A stretch of 64,000 nt of DNA, from positions 1 through 64,000 of the forward strand of contig CAWEQH010000004.1 in assembly GCA_963811165.1 (NCBI GenBank), given 5' to 3'. Below, piece by piece: positions 9,881 through 19,236 of this stretch. Numbering within the stretch: the first letter of the stretch is position 1; every line of letters starts with the position of its first letter. A program made the position numbers and the translations under genes. The notes under the pieces are model-generated. The model searched no databases, had not been told where the DNA came from, and worked only from the letters and a program-made list of their open reading frames with translations. The DNA comes from an uncultured Nitrospiraceae bacterium (GTDB lineage: Bacteria; Nitrospirota; Thermodesulfovibrionia; Thermodesulfovibrionales; UBA6898).

Positions 9881-11617
9881 TCAAGAGCTCACCTCTGCGT
9901 CCTGGGAGCCAAACTGAACTTCATAAAGTTCTTTATACAGGCCGCCTTTTTCGTAAAGTTCACGGTGGGTCCCCGACTCCAGTATCCTGCCCTTATCGAG
10001 CACGATGATCCTGTCGGCCCTCTTGATAGTGGAAAGCCTGTGGGCGATCACAAACGTCGTCCTGTTTCTCATGAGGTTCTCAAGCGCCCTTTGCACCATC
10101 ATCTCGGATGCGGTGTCGAGGGAAGACGTGGCTTCATCAAGTATGAGTATGGGGGGGTTTTTCAGCACGGCCCTGGCTATCGAAAGCCTCTGCCTTTGTC
10201 CGCCGGACAGCCTCGCTCCCCGTTCCCCGACTACCGTGTCATAGCCCTGGGGAAGTTCTATGATGAAATCGTGGGCATAGGCCGCTTGTGCAGCACCGAT
10301 GACTTCTTCTTTTTGCGCCCCGGGTTTCCCGTATGCGATATTTGAGGTGACGGTGTCGTTAAAGAGGATCACGTCCTGGCTCACTATCCCGAATTGTCTC
10401 CTCAACGACTCGAAGGTCACCCGTGAAATATCGATGCCGTCAATTAAGACGATACCTTCCGTCGGGACATAGAACCTCGGGATGAGATTCGCAAGGGTGG
10501 TCTTCCCGCCCCCGCTCTTCCCCACGATTGCGACTACCTCGCCTCTTTTGACTGTCAGGTTCACCTCGTCGAGGGCCTTGTGTCTTGCGGACGGATAGCT
10601 AAACGATACGCCCTTGAACTCTATATTTTTGCTGATGGGCTTAAGTTCTTCGGGCCCGTCCGTCTCCTGAGGTTCGGAGAGGAGTTTATGTATCCTGTCG
10701 AGGGGCGGACGGGCCTGCTGTATTCCGATATTAATCTTCGCGAGCCTCTTGGCAGGCGTATAGACGAGAAAGATGGCGGTCAGAAAAGAGGTGAAATCCC
10801 CGACCGTCATCGCATTGCTGAAGATGAGTTTTGCACCGTACCAGATCACGAACGCAATACCTAATCCGCCGACGGCCTCCATCACGAGCGTCGAGGACTC
10901 AGATACTCTCGTGGCCCGCATGTTCTCACGATAGTATTCCCTCGTGATCTCTTTAAACTGCTCCGTCTCATCCTGTTGCCGGCAAAACGCCTTTATGATC
11001 TTTATCCCGGCAAAACTCTCGTTCAGAAATTCGGTGATCAGGGATATCTTTTCCTGGGCCCTCCGGCTTATCTGCCGTATCCTTTTTCCTAGTTTTCCCA
11101 CTCCGTAGAGGGCCAGCGGCAGGATGGTGATAGAGACAATGGTGAGGTCCCATCTGCGCCACAGGGCAACGAACACCAGCGCCAGGGCGGTCGTACCTTC
11201 GCTGAAGAGGTCCTTAATGGTTAAAGAGACGAGGTCCTGGAGTACCGAGGTATCGTTTATCACCTTCGAGATGAGTTCGCCGCTCGAATTCTTTCCGAAA
11301 TATCCCATCGGCAGTCCTACGATGTGACGGTAAAGTCTGTTCCTGAGCTGCATCACCATCTTTTGGCTGGCGGACCTCATCAGATATTCCTGGACGTATG
11401 TGAAGATGCCCTTACCAAGGAAAACAAAGAAGATGGCCAATGGGAGCAGGAAAAGCATGGTCGCATCTTTTTTGATGAGCACATCGTCCATCGCAGGTTT
11501 TGCAAGCCAGGCGATGGCCGCGTTCATCCCGGAGACGAGAAGGCCGGCAAGTACGGCGAGGGCCACCCTCCGCCAATAGGGCATAACGAGCTGAAATATC
11601 CGCCTGTAATCTTCCAA
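9881..11617 (-). CDS. msbA: Lipid A/core ABC exporter MsbA
   Basis: TM domain plus Walker A GKSGGGKT, LSGGQRQR, ILDEATS; heads an LPS gene cluster. Confidence 0.85.
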   Translation of the reverse strand: MEDYRRIFQLVMPYWRRVALAVLAGLLVSGMNAAIAWLAKPAMDDVLIKKDATMLFLLPLAIFFVFLGKGIFTYVQEYLMRSASQKMVMQLRNRLYRHIVGLPMGYFGKNSSGELISKVINDTSVLQDLVSLTIKDLFSEGTTALALVFVALWRRWDLTIVSITILPLALYGVGKLGKRIRQISRRAQEKISLITEFLNESFAGIKIIKAFCRQQDETEQFKEITREYYRENMRATRVSESSTLVMEAVGGLGIAFVIWYGAKLIFSNAMTVGDFTSFLTAIFLVYTPAKRLAKINIGIQQARPPLDRIHKLLSEPQETDGPEELKPISKNIEFKGVSFSYPSARHKALDEVNLTVKRGEVVAIVGKSGGGKTTLANLIPRFYVPTEGIVLIDGIDISRVTFESLRRQFGIVSQDVILFNDTVTSNIAYGKPGAQKEEVIGAAQAAYAHDFIIELPQGYDTVVGERGARLSGGQRQRLSIARAVLKNPPILILDEATSSLDTASEMMVQRALENLMRNRTTFVIAHRLSTIKRADRIIVLDKGRILESGTHRELYEKGGLYKELYEVQFGSQDAEVSS

Positions 11618-11750
11618 ATGGACTATCTCCTGAGAGAGAGGGAATTCATGCGCCTCACGGCGTCACGCGACAAAAACATTATAATGCAACGGCGTGCGTA
11701 ATAGGAAGCCGCCCCACTTAGTGTTTCTCACCCAATTATGCCTTATGTTT

Positions 11751-11833
11751 GTCACTCCGGTCCGGAATCTATCTTCAGAAGGATTCCCGACCTGCCTGCC
11801 GGCAGGCAGGCGAACTTTGCTTGCGGGAATGAC
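11751..11833. repeat. REP-like palindromic element (GTCATTCCCGCAAG...GGGAATCC...GATTCCGG...GAC, minus strand) with an embedded 20-bp perfect palindrome at 11791-11810
   Basis: Same ends as 41571-41695 and the half copy at 19959-19983; CCTGCCTGCCGGCAGGCAGG lies in its first loop. Confidence 0.7.
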
Positions 11834-11875
11834 AGCAAAGAATTTCTGAATCACTGCACTGGAGAAGACCGGTTG

Positions 11876-12412
11876 CTAATGTCTTCCGCGGCCTCCGGAA
11901 TAATACTCCGCCACCTGAAGGGCATCCCATGGCCTGCAATCCTCCTTCGAAAACCCCAGTGCCGCGGCGCTTTCGTAAACCGTCCCGATGTCGCGGCCCT
12001 CTATTTCGAGGAATTCCGGTATGAATCCGAATTCCTCCGTGTACCTGTCGAGTTCGAAATGGACGCCCGGAAGCGCGTAGGTGGTCCTGTGCTTTTTCAT
12101 CTCCAGCCATGGAGAAAACCCGATAGAATTGAGGATCGACCTCATCGCATCGAAGTCCGAAACCGTAACCTCGGTCTCCTCCCTCACCTTTGCCGCACGG
12201 GCATCGACGTGGGCCTTGAAGGTGAGCACCGATATTGTTCCCTCACGTCTCAACCTGAAGGTGCCCCTGCGCGCCCGCACCGAACGGTCTGGTGTATCGT
12301 AATAAAGCGCATGGATCTCACCGTCGAAGATCTTCTCTGCACCCAAAGAGAGCAGCTTTTCTTCGAGCTTTTTTCTGTCTATTCCGAGGATTTTAATTTC
12401 GGTTTCGTACAA
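11876..12412 (-). CDS. CYTH domain protein / class IV adenylate cyclase-like
   Basis: ETEIK (EXEXK), FRLR, LTFK, REETE, KHR, FLEIE. Confidence 0.85.
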   Translation of the reverse strand: MYETEIKILGIDRKKLEEKLLSLGAEKIFDGEIHALYYDTPDRSVRARRGTFRLRREGTISVLTFKAHVDARAAKVREETEVTVSDFDAMRSILNSIGFSPWLEMKKHRTTYALPGVHFELDRYTEEFGFIPEFLEIEGRDIGTVYESAAALGFSKEDCRPWDALQVAEYYSGGRGRH

Positions 12413-12573
12413 AACCCCTCCTTACGAATGGACCGCGCTACGGAGTACATTATAGCCTATTGCTCCGCCCGGAAGAAATTGCCGGAGACCGGGCCTTATA
12501 TCCGGAATTTCAGACAAAGATATAAATCGCACTTTTAGGTCTGTTCTTGTCCTTTTTTGCCCTGTTTTTGGGC

Positions 12574-12602
12574 TTGACAAAATAATAAGTTCTTGATAGT
12601 GT
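12574..12602 (+). promoter_or_regulatory. Putative sigma70 promoter of hup
   Basis: TTGACA-17 bp-TAGTGT upstream of the HU gene. Confidence 0.5.
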
Positions 12603-12652
12603 TATCACAGAACTTTTTCCAATAATATTATAGAACGAAAGGGGGGAAGACC

Positions 12653-12928
12653 ATGACGAAGACGGAACTTATCGACAAAATAGCATCGGGCGCTGGCCTC
12701 AGCAAAGCCGATGCGACAAGAGCCTTTGATGCCACTTTGGACGCAGTCAAGGCGGCGTTAAAGAAAGGGCAGAAGGTTACCATCGTCGGTTTCGGGACCT
12801 TCGGAGTTACGAAGAGGAAGGCCAGAAAAGGGCGTAATCCAAGGACCGGTCAGGTTATCAATATACCTGCTGCCAAGACTCCGAAGTTCACCGCAGGCAA
12901 GGCTTTAAAAGAAGCGGTTAAGAAATAG
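12653..12928 (+). CDS. hup: DNA-binding protein HU
   Basis: MTKTELID...GFGTF...RKGRNPRTG...[10 protein letters not shown]. Confidence 0.97.
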   Translation: MTKTELIDKIASGAGLSKADATRAFDATLDAVKAALKKGQKVTIVGFGTFGVTKRKARKGRNPRTGQVINIPAAKTPKFTAGKALKEAVKK

Positions 12929-12950
12929 GCATTATTTTCCATCTCAATCG

Positions 12951-12986
12951 AAGGGACAGGCAGTGTGCTTGTCCCTTTTATTTTTT
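12951..12986 (+). terminator. Rho-independent terminator after hup
   Basis: AAGGGACAGGCA-GTG-TGCTTGTCCCTT followed by T tract. Confidence 0.75.
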
Positions 12987-13169
12987 GTCCTGATTTGATA
13001 TGCTTTCTCATATCCTTTGTCCCTCTGACCGCACGCAAGGAGAGGGAGGTAAAGACTGGTATCACATTCAATTTCGTCCCCATCGGCAAAGAAGACCGCA
13101 AGGGGAGACCGGGCAGACTTGATCAAAATACGAACTCCATAAAAAAGATGAGGGTAAGGCACTAAAAAA

Positions 13170-14042
13170 ATGACCGGACAGTCCCGACTGCTTGCAGGGA
13201 TAGACCTGGGCCCGGAGACGGTGCAGGTCGTCTCCTATGCAGCATTGTTTGCCACCGCGATGCATGCGGCCGTCAGGCTTCTCTACGTGATCGATTACCT
13301 CCTTACCCCCCCCTCCTACCTTGCGGAATATATAGAAGAGGAAAAAAAGAGGGAAGAGGCCGAGGCGGCAGGCTGGGGGGCCCGTCTTCAGGAGGCGGGG
13401 GTGAGTGCCGAGTACAGGATTGTTCTGGGACGCCTCCATGAGTCTTTTCTGAAGGTCATCGAAGGGACCGCCCCCTCACTTTTGGTTATAGGCTTCAAGT
13501 CCCATCTTTTCAGGCCGAGCAGTTCGGAGCGTCTTATTAAATCCCTGAAGGTGCCGATGCTTGTAGTAAAGGGGAAGGCCGCTGAAGGGGCGGCCATCGG
13601 TTCAGCCAGGGTAAAGAGGATACTTTGTCCGGTTGATTTTTCAGAGAACTCGAAAAAAGCGGCGGTCGCCGCAAGACAATATGCTTCTCTCTTTTCCGCC
13701 GTCCTGCAGTTTGTCCACGTCATTCCCACACAGCGTATCAAAGAAAAGGGCCGTCTGTGGCAGCGACTTCGAAAAGAGGACATGCTCACATTCGATACCG
13801 CGATGCGTTCGGAGGCGGAGTCAACCCTGGCCTCCTTCCGTAAGGAGATGAAAATCGAGGGGGAAGGAAGTATCTACGAGGGGCTTCCCGGTGAGGTAAT
13901 ATCTTCTCTTGCCGAAGAGGGCAGCTACGACCTGATCGTTTTGGGCGCAAGAGGGCTTTCCTATGTAGAGAGCGTCGTTGTCGGGAGTACGACCGAGGCC
14001 GTCCTTAAATCATCCCCTTGTCCTGTCCTTATTATCCACTGA
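13170..14042 (+). CDS. Universal stress protein, tandem USP domains
   Basis: Two UspA domains; ILCPVDFS, DLIVLGARG...VGSTTEAVL. Confidence 0.9.
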   Translation: MTGQSRLLAGIDLGPETVQVVSYAALFATAMHAAVRLLYVIDYLLTPPSYLAEYIEEEKKREEAEAAGWGARLQEAGVSAEYRIVLGRLHESFLKVIEGTAPSLLVIGFKSHLFRPSSSERLIKSLKVPMLVVKGKAAEGAAIGSARVKRILCPVDFSENSKKAAVAARQYASLFSAVLQFVHVIPTQRIKEKGRLWQRLRKEDMLTFDTAMRSEAESTLASFRKEMKIEGEGSIYEGLPGEVISSLAEEGSYDLIVLGARGLSYVESVVVGSTTEAVLKSSPCPVLIIH

Positions 14043-15061
14043 TGCTGATCAGGATATCACTGCTCCTCCTCGGTCTCCTCCTGATACTCGCCGCGGCGGA
14101 ATTTTTTACGAACGGGATAGAGGCCTTGGGCAGGCGGTTTTCTTTTTCTCAGGCGGTTGTGGGCAGCCTCTTTGCTGCTGTCGGCACCGCCCTGCCGGAG
14201 ACGATTCTCCCGGGCGTCGCAATCTTTATGTACGGGGGACGATCGGCAACGCAGATCGGGGTCGGCGCGATACTGGGGGCGCCTTTCATGCTTTCGACGC
14301 TCGCTTTTTTCCTTGTGGGACTTACCGCGACCGTTGCCGCGATCGGAAGGAGGAGGAAGTTCGAACTCCGCGTCGAGGTGCATTCGGTCAAACGGGACAT
14401 CTCTTTCTTTCTGGTAATGTATTCCTTTGCGGTGCTGCTGCCGATTATTGCGGGCAGGGCTGTCGTAATTCCATTGTCGATAGCATTGATCGCCGGATAC
14501 GTGCTGTATGCGTGGATGACCTTCCGGGGTGAAAGCGCAGGGCTTGAGCATGCCGGTGAGATGTATTTATTGAAACCGGCAAAATGGGTCAGGGGGTCTG
14601 CCGCTATCGCTTCGCCGCCTCTTGTCCTGATTCTTTTACAGGTATTGGCGGCGCTTGCTGTCATGGTGAAGGGGGCGCATATTTTTGTCCTGGGCCTCGA
14701 GGAGGTGTCGCTTCGGTTCGGGATGGACCCTCTCCTTTTTGCACTGCTTCTTGCCCCTGTGGCGACTGAACTGCCGGAGAAATTCAACAGCATAACATGG
14801 ACATGGAAGGGCAGGGACACGCTGGCGGTAGGAAACATCACAGGTGCAATGGTATTTCAGTCGGTATTTCCCGTTTCGGTCGGCCTTCTCTTTACCGACT
14901 GGAAAATAACAGGGATGGCGCTTCTGTCGGCCTTGATCGCCATCCTTTCGTCCCTGGTACTGCTGGGGATAATACTGATAAAGAAGCGGATTACGCCCTT
15001 TACCATGCTCTTTTCAGGCTGCCTCTATCTGGTTTATGCGCTGGTGTTGGTATTGAGATAA
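14042..15061 (+). CDS. Sodium/calcium exchanger (CaCA) family membrane protein
   Basis: Alpha repeats GTALPE and ATELPE, GNITG; start ATG 14042 overlaps the USP stop. Confidence 0.85.
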   Translation: MLIRISLLLLGLLLILAAAEFFTNGIEALGRRFSFSQAVVGSLFAAVGTALPETILPGVAIFMYGGRSATQIGVGAILGAPFMLSTLAFFLVGLTATVAAIGRRRKFELRVEVHSVKRDISFFLVMYSFAVLLPIIAGRAVVIPLSIALIAGYVLYAWMTFRGESAGLEHAGEMYLLKPAKWVRGSAAIASPPLVLILLQVLAALAVMVKGAHIFVLGLEEVSLRFGMDPLLFALLLAPVATELPEKFNSITWTWKGRDTLAVGNITGAMVFQSVFPVSVGLLFTDWKITGMALLSALIAILSSLVLLGIILIKKRITPFTMLFSGCLYLVYALVLVLR

Positions 15062-15093
15062 AAGCAGTTAAAAGATACGCCATACTTTCAGCA

Positions 15094-15170
15094 AACCCCT
15101 CCCCCCTCCCTTCTCAGGGGAGAGAAAAAAGAATGCTTCTCCCCCTTGAAAAGGGGGGACGAGGGGGGTT
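15094..15170. repeat. Double-hairpin REP-like repeat (CCCCTT-n-AAGGGG family)
   Basis: Shares AACCCC...GGGG(A)TT architecture with 41604-41675 and 50111-50186. Confidence 0.6.
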
Positions 15171-15196
15171 GGTCTCTTTTTCGCCTTTCGATGAAC

Positions 15197-15481
15197 TTAT
15201 TTTTTGAAGAGGTCGTCCAGTTTTTTCAGCGCATCTTCCTTCGACATAGCAGAAGAAGGCGCCCCGCCATCCCTGAAGACAAAGTAATCGCAGAAGTTCG
15301 CCTTCTCCCTGGACCTCTGGAATTCGGCCTTAGGCTCAACGCATTTGTTGTGGGAAGACTCTGAAAAGAACCTGCAGTTCATACAGATATGCAGGTCCCC
15401 GCCGCATTTGGGGCATACCGATTTACGAGAAAAATATTTGTCTACCTCGATCTTCTTTCCGCAGAGTGAACAGATTTTCAT
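15197..15481 (-). CDS. Small Cys-rich (zinc-binding) conserved hypothetical protein
   Basis: CSLC, CPKC, HICMNC, C, NFCDYF; GGAGG RBS before ATG 15481. Confidence 0.75.
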   Translation of the reverse strand: MKICSLCGKKIEVDKYFSRKSVCPKCGGDLHICMNCRFFSESSHNKCVEPKAEFQRSREKANFCDYFVFRDGGAPSSAMSKEDALKKLDDLFKK

Positions 15482-15608
15482 TTTTTCCTCCTGCATCAGG
15501 ACATCTTTAAGCAATGTCTGATCGATGCTAACGCCGGCCCGGCGATTTTCCAATCACTGAAATTATGATACCAAAGTGGGCAACAGATTTGTTGAGCTCT
15601 CAATCTTA

Positions 15609-15637
15609 TTGACAGGCTTTATCCGCCGTGTTATCTT
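15609..15637 (+). promoter_or_regulatory. Sigma70 promoter for the microprotein gene
   Basis: TTGACA-17 bp-TATCTT with extended -10 TGn. Confidence 0.7.
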
Positions 15638-15668
15638 GAAATAAGATTTCTCAAAAAGGAGGATCGCT

Positions 15669-15746
15669 ATGGCGTGTAAATCAAAGGGACCGTGCGGCAC
15701 GGCAAAGAAGGCTGCGCCGAAGACCGCGAAGAAGACCAAGAAGTAA
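15669..15746 (+). CDS. 25-aa Lys/Ala-rich microprotein MACKSKGPCGTAKKAAPKTAKKTKK
   Basis: AAGGAGG RBS, promoter and terminator bracket the ORF; below the ORF-track cutoff. Confidence 0.75.
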   Translation: MACKSKGPCGTAKKAAPKTAKKTKK

Positions 15747-15769
15747 CATCGTCCGAAGTCCTTTCAGTG

Positions 15770-15799
15770 AAAAGGGTGGCTCCGGCCATCCTTTTTTTT
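15770..15799 (+). terminator. Rho-independent terminator after microprotein
   Basis: AAAAGGGTGGC-TCCG-GCCATCCTTTT then T run. Confidence 0.8.
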
Positions 15800-15832
15800 C
15801 GTTTTTTCACTCCTTTTCCGCTATCCTAATAG

Positions 15833-16969
15833 GTGACTATGTTCGAAAAAGAATTGCGCAGATTGGAAAAGGAAGGCCTGCTTCGTCAGGTGATGGCGAG
15901 GGAATCGCCCCAGGGGCCGGTCATTACCATAGGGGGCAAGAGATTCCTTAACTTCTCTTCAAACGACTACCTGGGCCTTGCCGGTCACCCTGAAGTGGTA
16001 AAGGCCGCGGTCGAGGCAGGGAAGAGATTCGGTTTCGGCTCGGGTTCATCGAGACTTCTGGCAGGGGGCAGTTCCCTCCACAAAAGACTCGAAAAGAAGA
16101 TCGCTGCCTTCAAGGAAACGGAAGCGGCATTGATCTTCAATTCCGGTTATGCGGGCAATACCGGAATAATTCCGTCTCTGGCACCGGCGTCGGGCGTGAT
16201 CTTCAGCGACGAACTGAACCATGCGAGCATTATAGACGGCTGCAGACTGAGCGGTGCAAGGGTCGTTGTCTACCCTCACAGACAAATGGGACATCTCGAT
16301 GGACTGCTTAAAAGGGAGAGGGCCGGGAAAAAGATCGTTGTTACGGACTCGGTTTTCAGCATGGACGGGGATATCGCGCCGCTTAAGGACATCTATTCCC
16401 TCTGCCGTAGGTACGGTGCGGTCCTGTATCTCGACGACGCCCATGGAACAGGAGTGCTCGGCGACGGAAGAGGGGCCCTCTCACATTTCGGTCTTGCTCC
16501 TGAGCCATGGATACTCCAGATGGGAACATTCTCTAAGGCGCTCGGCTCTTTCGGGGCCTATGTTGCCGGGGACCGGAACGTTGTCGACTGGATAATGAAT
16601 ACCGCCCACAGTTTCATGTTTTCTACCGCCCTTCCTGCTCCGGTCGTAGCGGCGTCGATTAAGGCGCTCGGGCTTGTACAAAAGGGGCGTGGACTTGTGC
16701 GGAAACTCTGGTCGAACAGACGGGAACTTGCAGAGGGGCTCAGAGATATCGGGTACGACGAGCGCCCGAGCGAGACGCCGATCATTACGATCAAGCCGGG
16801 CAATCTCAGGGAGACAGTCGCACTTTCTGCATTTCTATGGGGGAAGGGGATTTACGCCCCTGCGATACGACCACCGACGGTAAGAGAGCCGAGAGTCAGA
16901 ATTACGGTGACCGCGGCACATACGGAAAGGCATATCCGTGCACTCATCGACACGCTGAAAAGATTTTAA
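15833..16969 (+). CDS. bioF: 8-amino-7-oxononanoate synthase
   Basis: FSSNDYLGL, GSGSSRL, NHASIIDG, SMDGD, DDAHG, TFSKALG (PLP lysine). Confidence 0.9.
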   Translation: MTMFEKELRRLEKEGLLRQVMARESPQGPVITIGGKRFLNFSSNDYLGLAGHPEVVKAAVEAGKRFGFGSGSSRLLAGGSSLHKRLEKKIAAFKETEAALIFNSGYAGNTGIIPSLAPASGVIFSDELNHASIIDGCRLSGARVVVYPHRQMGHLDGLLKRERAGKKIVVTDSVFSMDGDIAPLKDIYSLCRRYGAVLYLDDAHGTGVLGDGRGALSHFGLAPEPWILQMGTFSKALGSFGAYVAGDRNVVDWIMNTAHSFMFSTALPAPVVAASIKALGLVQKGRGLVRKLWSNRRELAEGLRDIGYDERPSETPIITIKPGNLRETVALSAFLWGKGIYAPAIRPPTVREPRVRITVTAAHTERHIRALIDTLKRF

Positions 16970-16997
16970 AGGTGAGGGTCGGAAAAAAATGCTGCGG

Positions 16998-17630
16998 CTA
17001 GCCTCTGGGTATTACGTAGAGACAGGACTGCGCGCCTTCGGAGAGGGCCTGCTGCCGCGTAATGTCTTTGTTGATCAGGTCCCTGTATAACTGTAGCTCG
17101 TACTTGCAGGCGTCCTTGAACTCGGCGGATATCTTGTGGATGGGACAGTGAAATTGCTTCAGATGATAGTTGCCGTTATTCCTGCTGATCTCCACCAGAT
17201 GGCCGTTTGCCTCCAGGATTCCCTTGAACGCGTGCAGGGTATCTTCCAGATTTTCTTTGCCCGAGAGCGCCTCTTTATTCATCTTGAATAGTCTTTCCCT
17301 GCGCCAGCCGAAGATCTTGTCGATCTTTTCACTGCCTTCATGTTTTTTGATGTCCCTGAGGAGGCCGACGGCGAAGCTGTCATAGGCTTCAGGGAAAAGA
17401 TCGTTGGCAGCGTCCGTAAGCATATAGATAAAGCCGGGACGGCCGATACCCCTTCTCCTGGCGACATAGGTGACAATGCCTTTTTTCTCGAGCGCAAGAA
17501 GGTGTTGTCTTATCCCCATAGGTGTGATGTCGATGACCTTGCTCAAGTCTTCTATCGACATCCCCCCGTTTTTTTTCAACAGGAGCATGATATTTTTCCT
17601 CGTAGAATTCTCTTCAATAAAAATATCCAT
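16998..17630 (-). CDS. Winged-HTH transcriptional regulator, SufR-like (putative Fe-S sensor)
   Basis: ITPMGIRQHL HTH, GIGRP wing, C-terminal HCPI-x-C-x-C cysteines. Confidence 0.75.
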   Translation of the reverse strand: MDIFIEENSTRKNIMLLLKKNGGMSIEDLSKVIDITPMGIRQHLLALEKKGIVTYVARRRGIGRPGFIYMLTDAANDLFPEAYDSFAVGLLRDIKKHEGSEKIDKIFGWRRERLFKMNKEALSGKENLEDTLHAFKGILEANGHLVEISRNNGNYHLKQFHCPIHKISAEFKDACKYELQLYRDLINKDITRQQALSEGAQSCLYVIPRG

Positions 17631-17912
17631 ACCTGTCAAAAATAGCATAAAAAGAAGTTTTTGTAAATAAAAAAGTAAAAAAACTTTATTCCCTACAAAA
17701 ATGTAGGGCCCAACAGTGAAAGATGTCCGACACTATTTCATGAATAATCATAATCTTGCTCCTGTAAAGGGCAGGCAAGAGGGATGCCATACATCGCGAA
17801 AAATCTCTTTTCTGATAAAAAAGCGTGATATTTCGTCCCCGACGTATTATGATACTATTAATCTCGAATATGAGAGCGTTTTATCCCCGCAAAGTATAAA
17901 AAGGAGATTGCG

Positions 17913-18407
17913 ATGGTAACAGGGAAGGAAGATCTGCTGATGTCACTTATCGAGGCATTCCTGATGGAAAAGGGGACGCACGAGTTTTATGAAAAGGCGG
18001 CGACGAAGGCCATCAGTCACGAGGCGAGAAATACCTTTAAGGACCTTTCCTCTTGGGAGGAAAAGCATATGGAGTTCATCGAGTTCCTGTACCTGTCTTT
18101 GCAGGATGACAGGGACCTGGAGCGCTTCGAGGCGTTCAAGAAAAAGGCGGTGGCGCCTGTTACCGAAGGCGGCATCCCTGTAAAGGACCTTGAATCGAAG
18201 GTGGAGGAGTCTGTTTTCCTCGACGACATGGGGGCGATGATTATGGCGCTCGAGATAGAGGGGAAGGCTTACAACCTTTACCGGAACCTCTCGGAGAAGG
18301 CGGCAGACGGAAACGCCAGGGTCGTGTTTAAGGAAATGATGGACATGGAACTCGACCATATCTCCTACCTCAAGGCATTGAGGACGAAACTTGCTGAAAC
18401 TTCGTGA
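17913..18407 (+). CDS. Ferritin-like / rubrerythrin family protein
   Basis: Two E...FY...EXXH diiron motifs (EEKH, ELDH). Confidence 0.85.
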   Translation: MVTGKEDLLMSLIEAFLMEKGTHEFYEKAATKAISHEARNTFKDLSSWEEKHMEFIEFLYLSLQDDRDLERFEAFKKKAVAPVTEGGIPVKDLESKVEESVFLDDMGAMIMALEIEGKAYNLYRNLSEKAADGNARVVFKEMMDMELDHISYLKALRTKLAETS

Positions 18408-19236
18408 CGGCATTGTAGAGCTTTATAAAAAGGTCGCTACCTCTTTGCCGCCCGACATAGAGGACGCGTTGCGCACGGCTCTTGCCCGGGAGGACGAAGG
18501 CTCTGCAGCGGCCGCGTCTTTGTCCATAATGGTCGAAAATGTCCGTCTGGCCAGAGATACCGCCAGGCCGATATGTCAGGACACCGGGGTGCCGGTTTTT
18601 TTCGTCAGGGTCCCCATAGGGCTGAGCCATCTGGAATTGAGGGAGACAATCCTCGAAGCCACGAGGATCGCGACCGCGAAAGTCCCCTTAAGACCGAACG
18701 CGGTCGATGTGATCACGGAAAAGAATTCCGGCGATAATACGGGGATAGGGTTTCCCGTCATCTACATCGAAGAAACAAGCGCGGGTACGCTCACGATAGA
18801 CCTCATGATGAAAGGCGGCGGCAGCGAAAACGCCGGACAGCTTTACAAACTTCCCATGGACGACCTCAAGGCGCAGCGCGACCTCGACGGAGTGAGAAAA
18901 TGCGTGCTCGATGCGGTACAAAAGGCCCAGGGCAGAGGATGTCCGCCGTATATTGTCGGCGTCGGCGTCGGCGCTGCAAAGGACCAGGTGACGAGGCTCG
19001 CCAAGGACCAGTTGATGCGAAGGCTGACCGACTCCAATAAGGTCGAAGAGCTCGCAGGTCTTGAAGGCGTGCTCATCAGGGAGATTAACGCTTTGGGTAT
19101 CGGCCCGCAGGGGCTCGGCGGCAAGACGACCGCGCTTGGGGTCAAGATAGGCGTGAATCACCGTCATCCCGCTTCCTATTTCGTGGATGTATCGGTGAGC
19201 TGCTGGGCCACCAGGAGGGGAAGGCTGATATGGTAA
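18391..19236 (+). CDS. Class I (Fe-S) fumarate hydratase / tartrate dehydratase alpha subunit
   Basis: PICQDTG, KGGGSEN, GCPP, IGPQGLGG, RHPAS. Confidence 0.92.
   Translation: MLKLRDGIVELYKKVATSLPPDIEDALRTALAREDEGSAAAASLSIMVENVRLARDTARPICQDTGVPVFFVRVPIGLSHLELRETILEATRIATAKVPLRPNAVDVITEKNSGDNTGIGFPVIYIEETSAGTLTIDLMMKGGGSENAGQLYKLPMDDLKAQRDLDGVRKCVLDAVQKAQGRGCPPYIVGVGVGAAKDQVTRLAKDQLMRRLTDSNKVEELAGLEGVLIREINALGIGPQGLGGKTTALGVKIGVNHRHPASYFVDVSVSCWATRRGRLIW

Noticed and set aside
12965..13165. 66-aa ORF between hup and the USP gene
   Set aside because: Starts inside the hup terminator, has no RBS-start pairing and no motif
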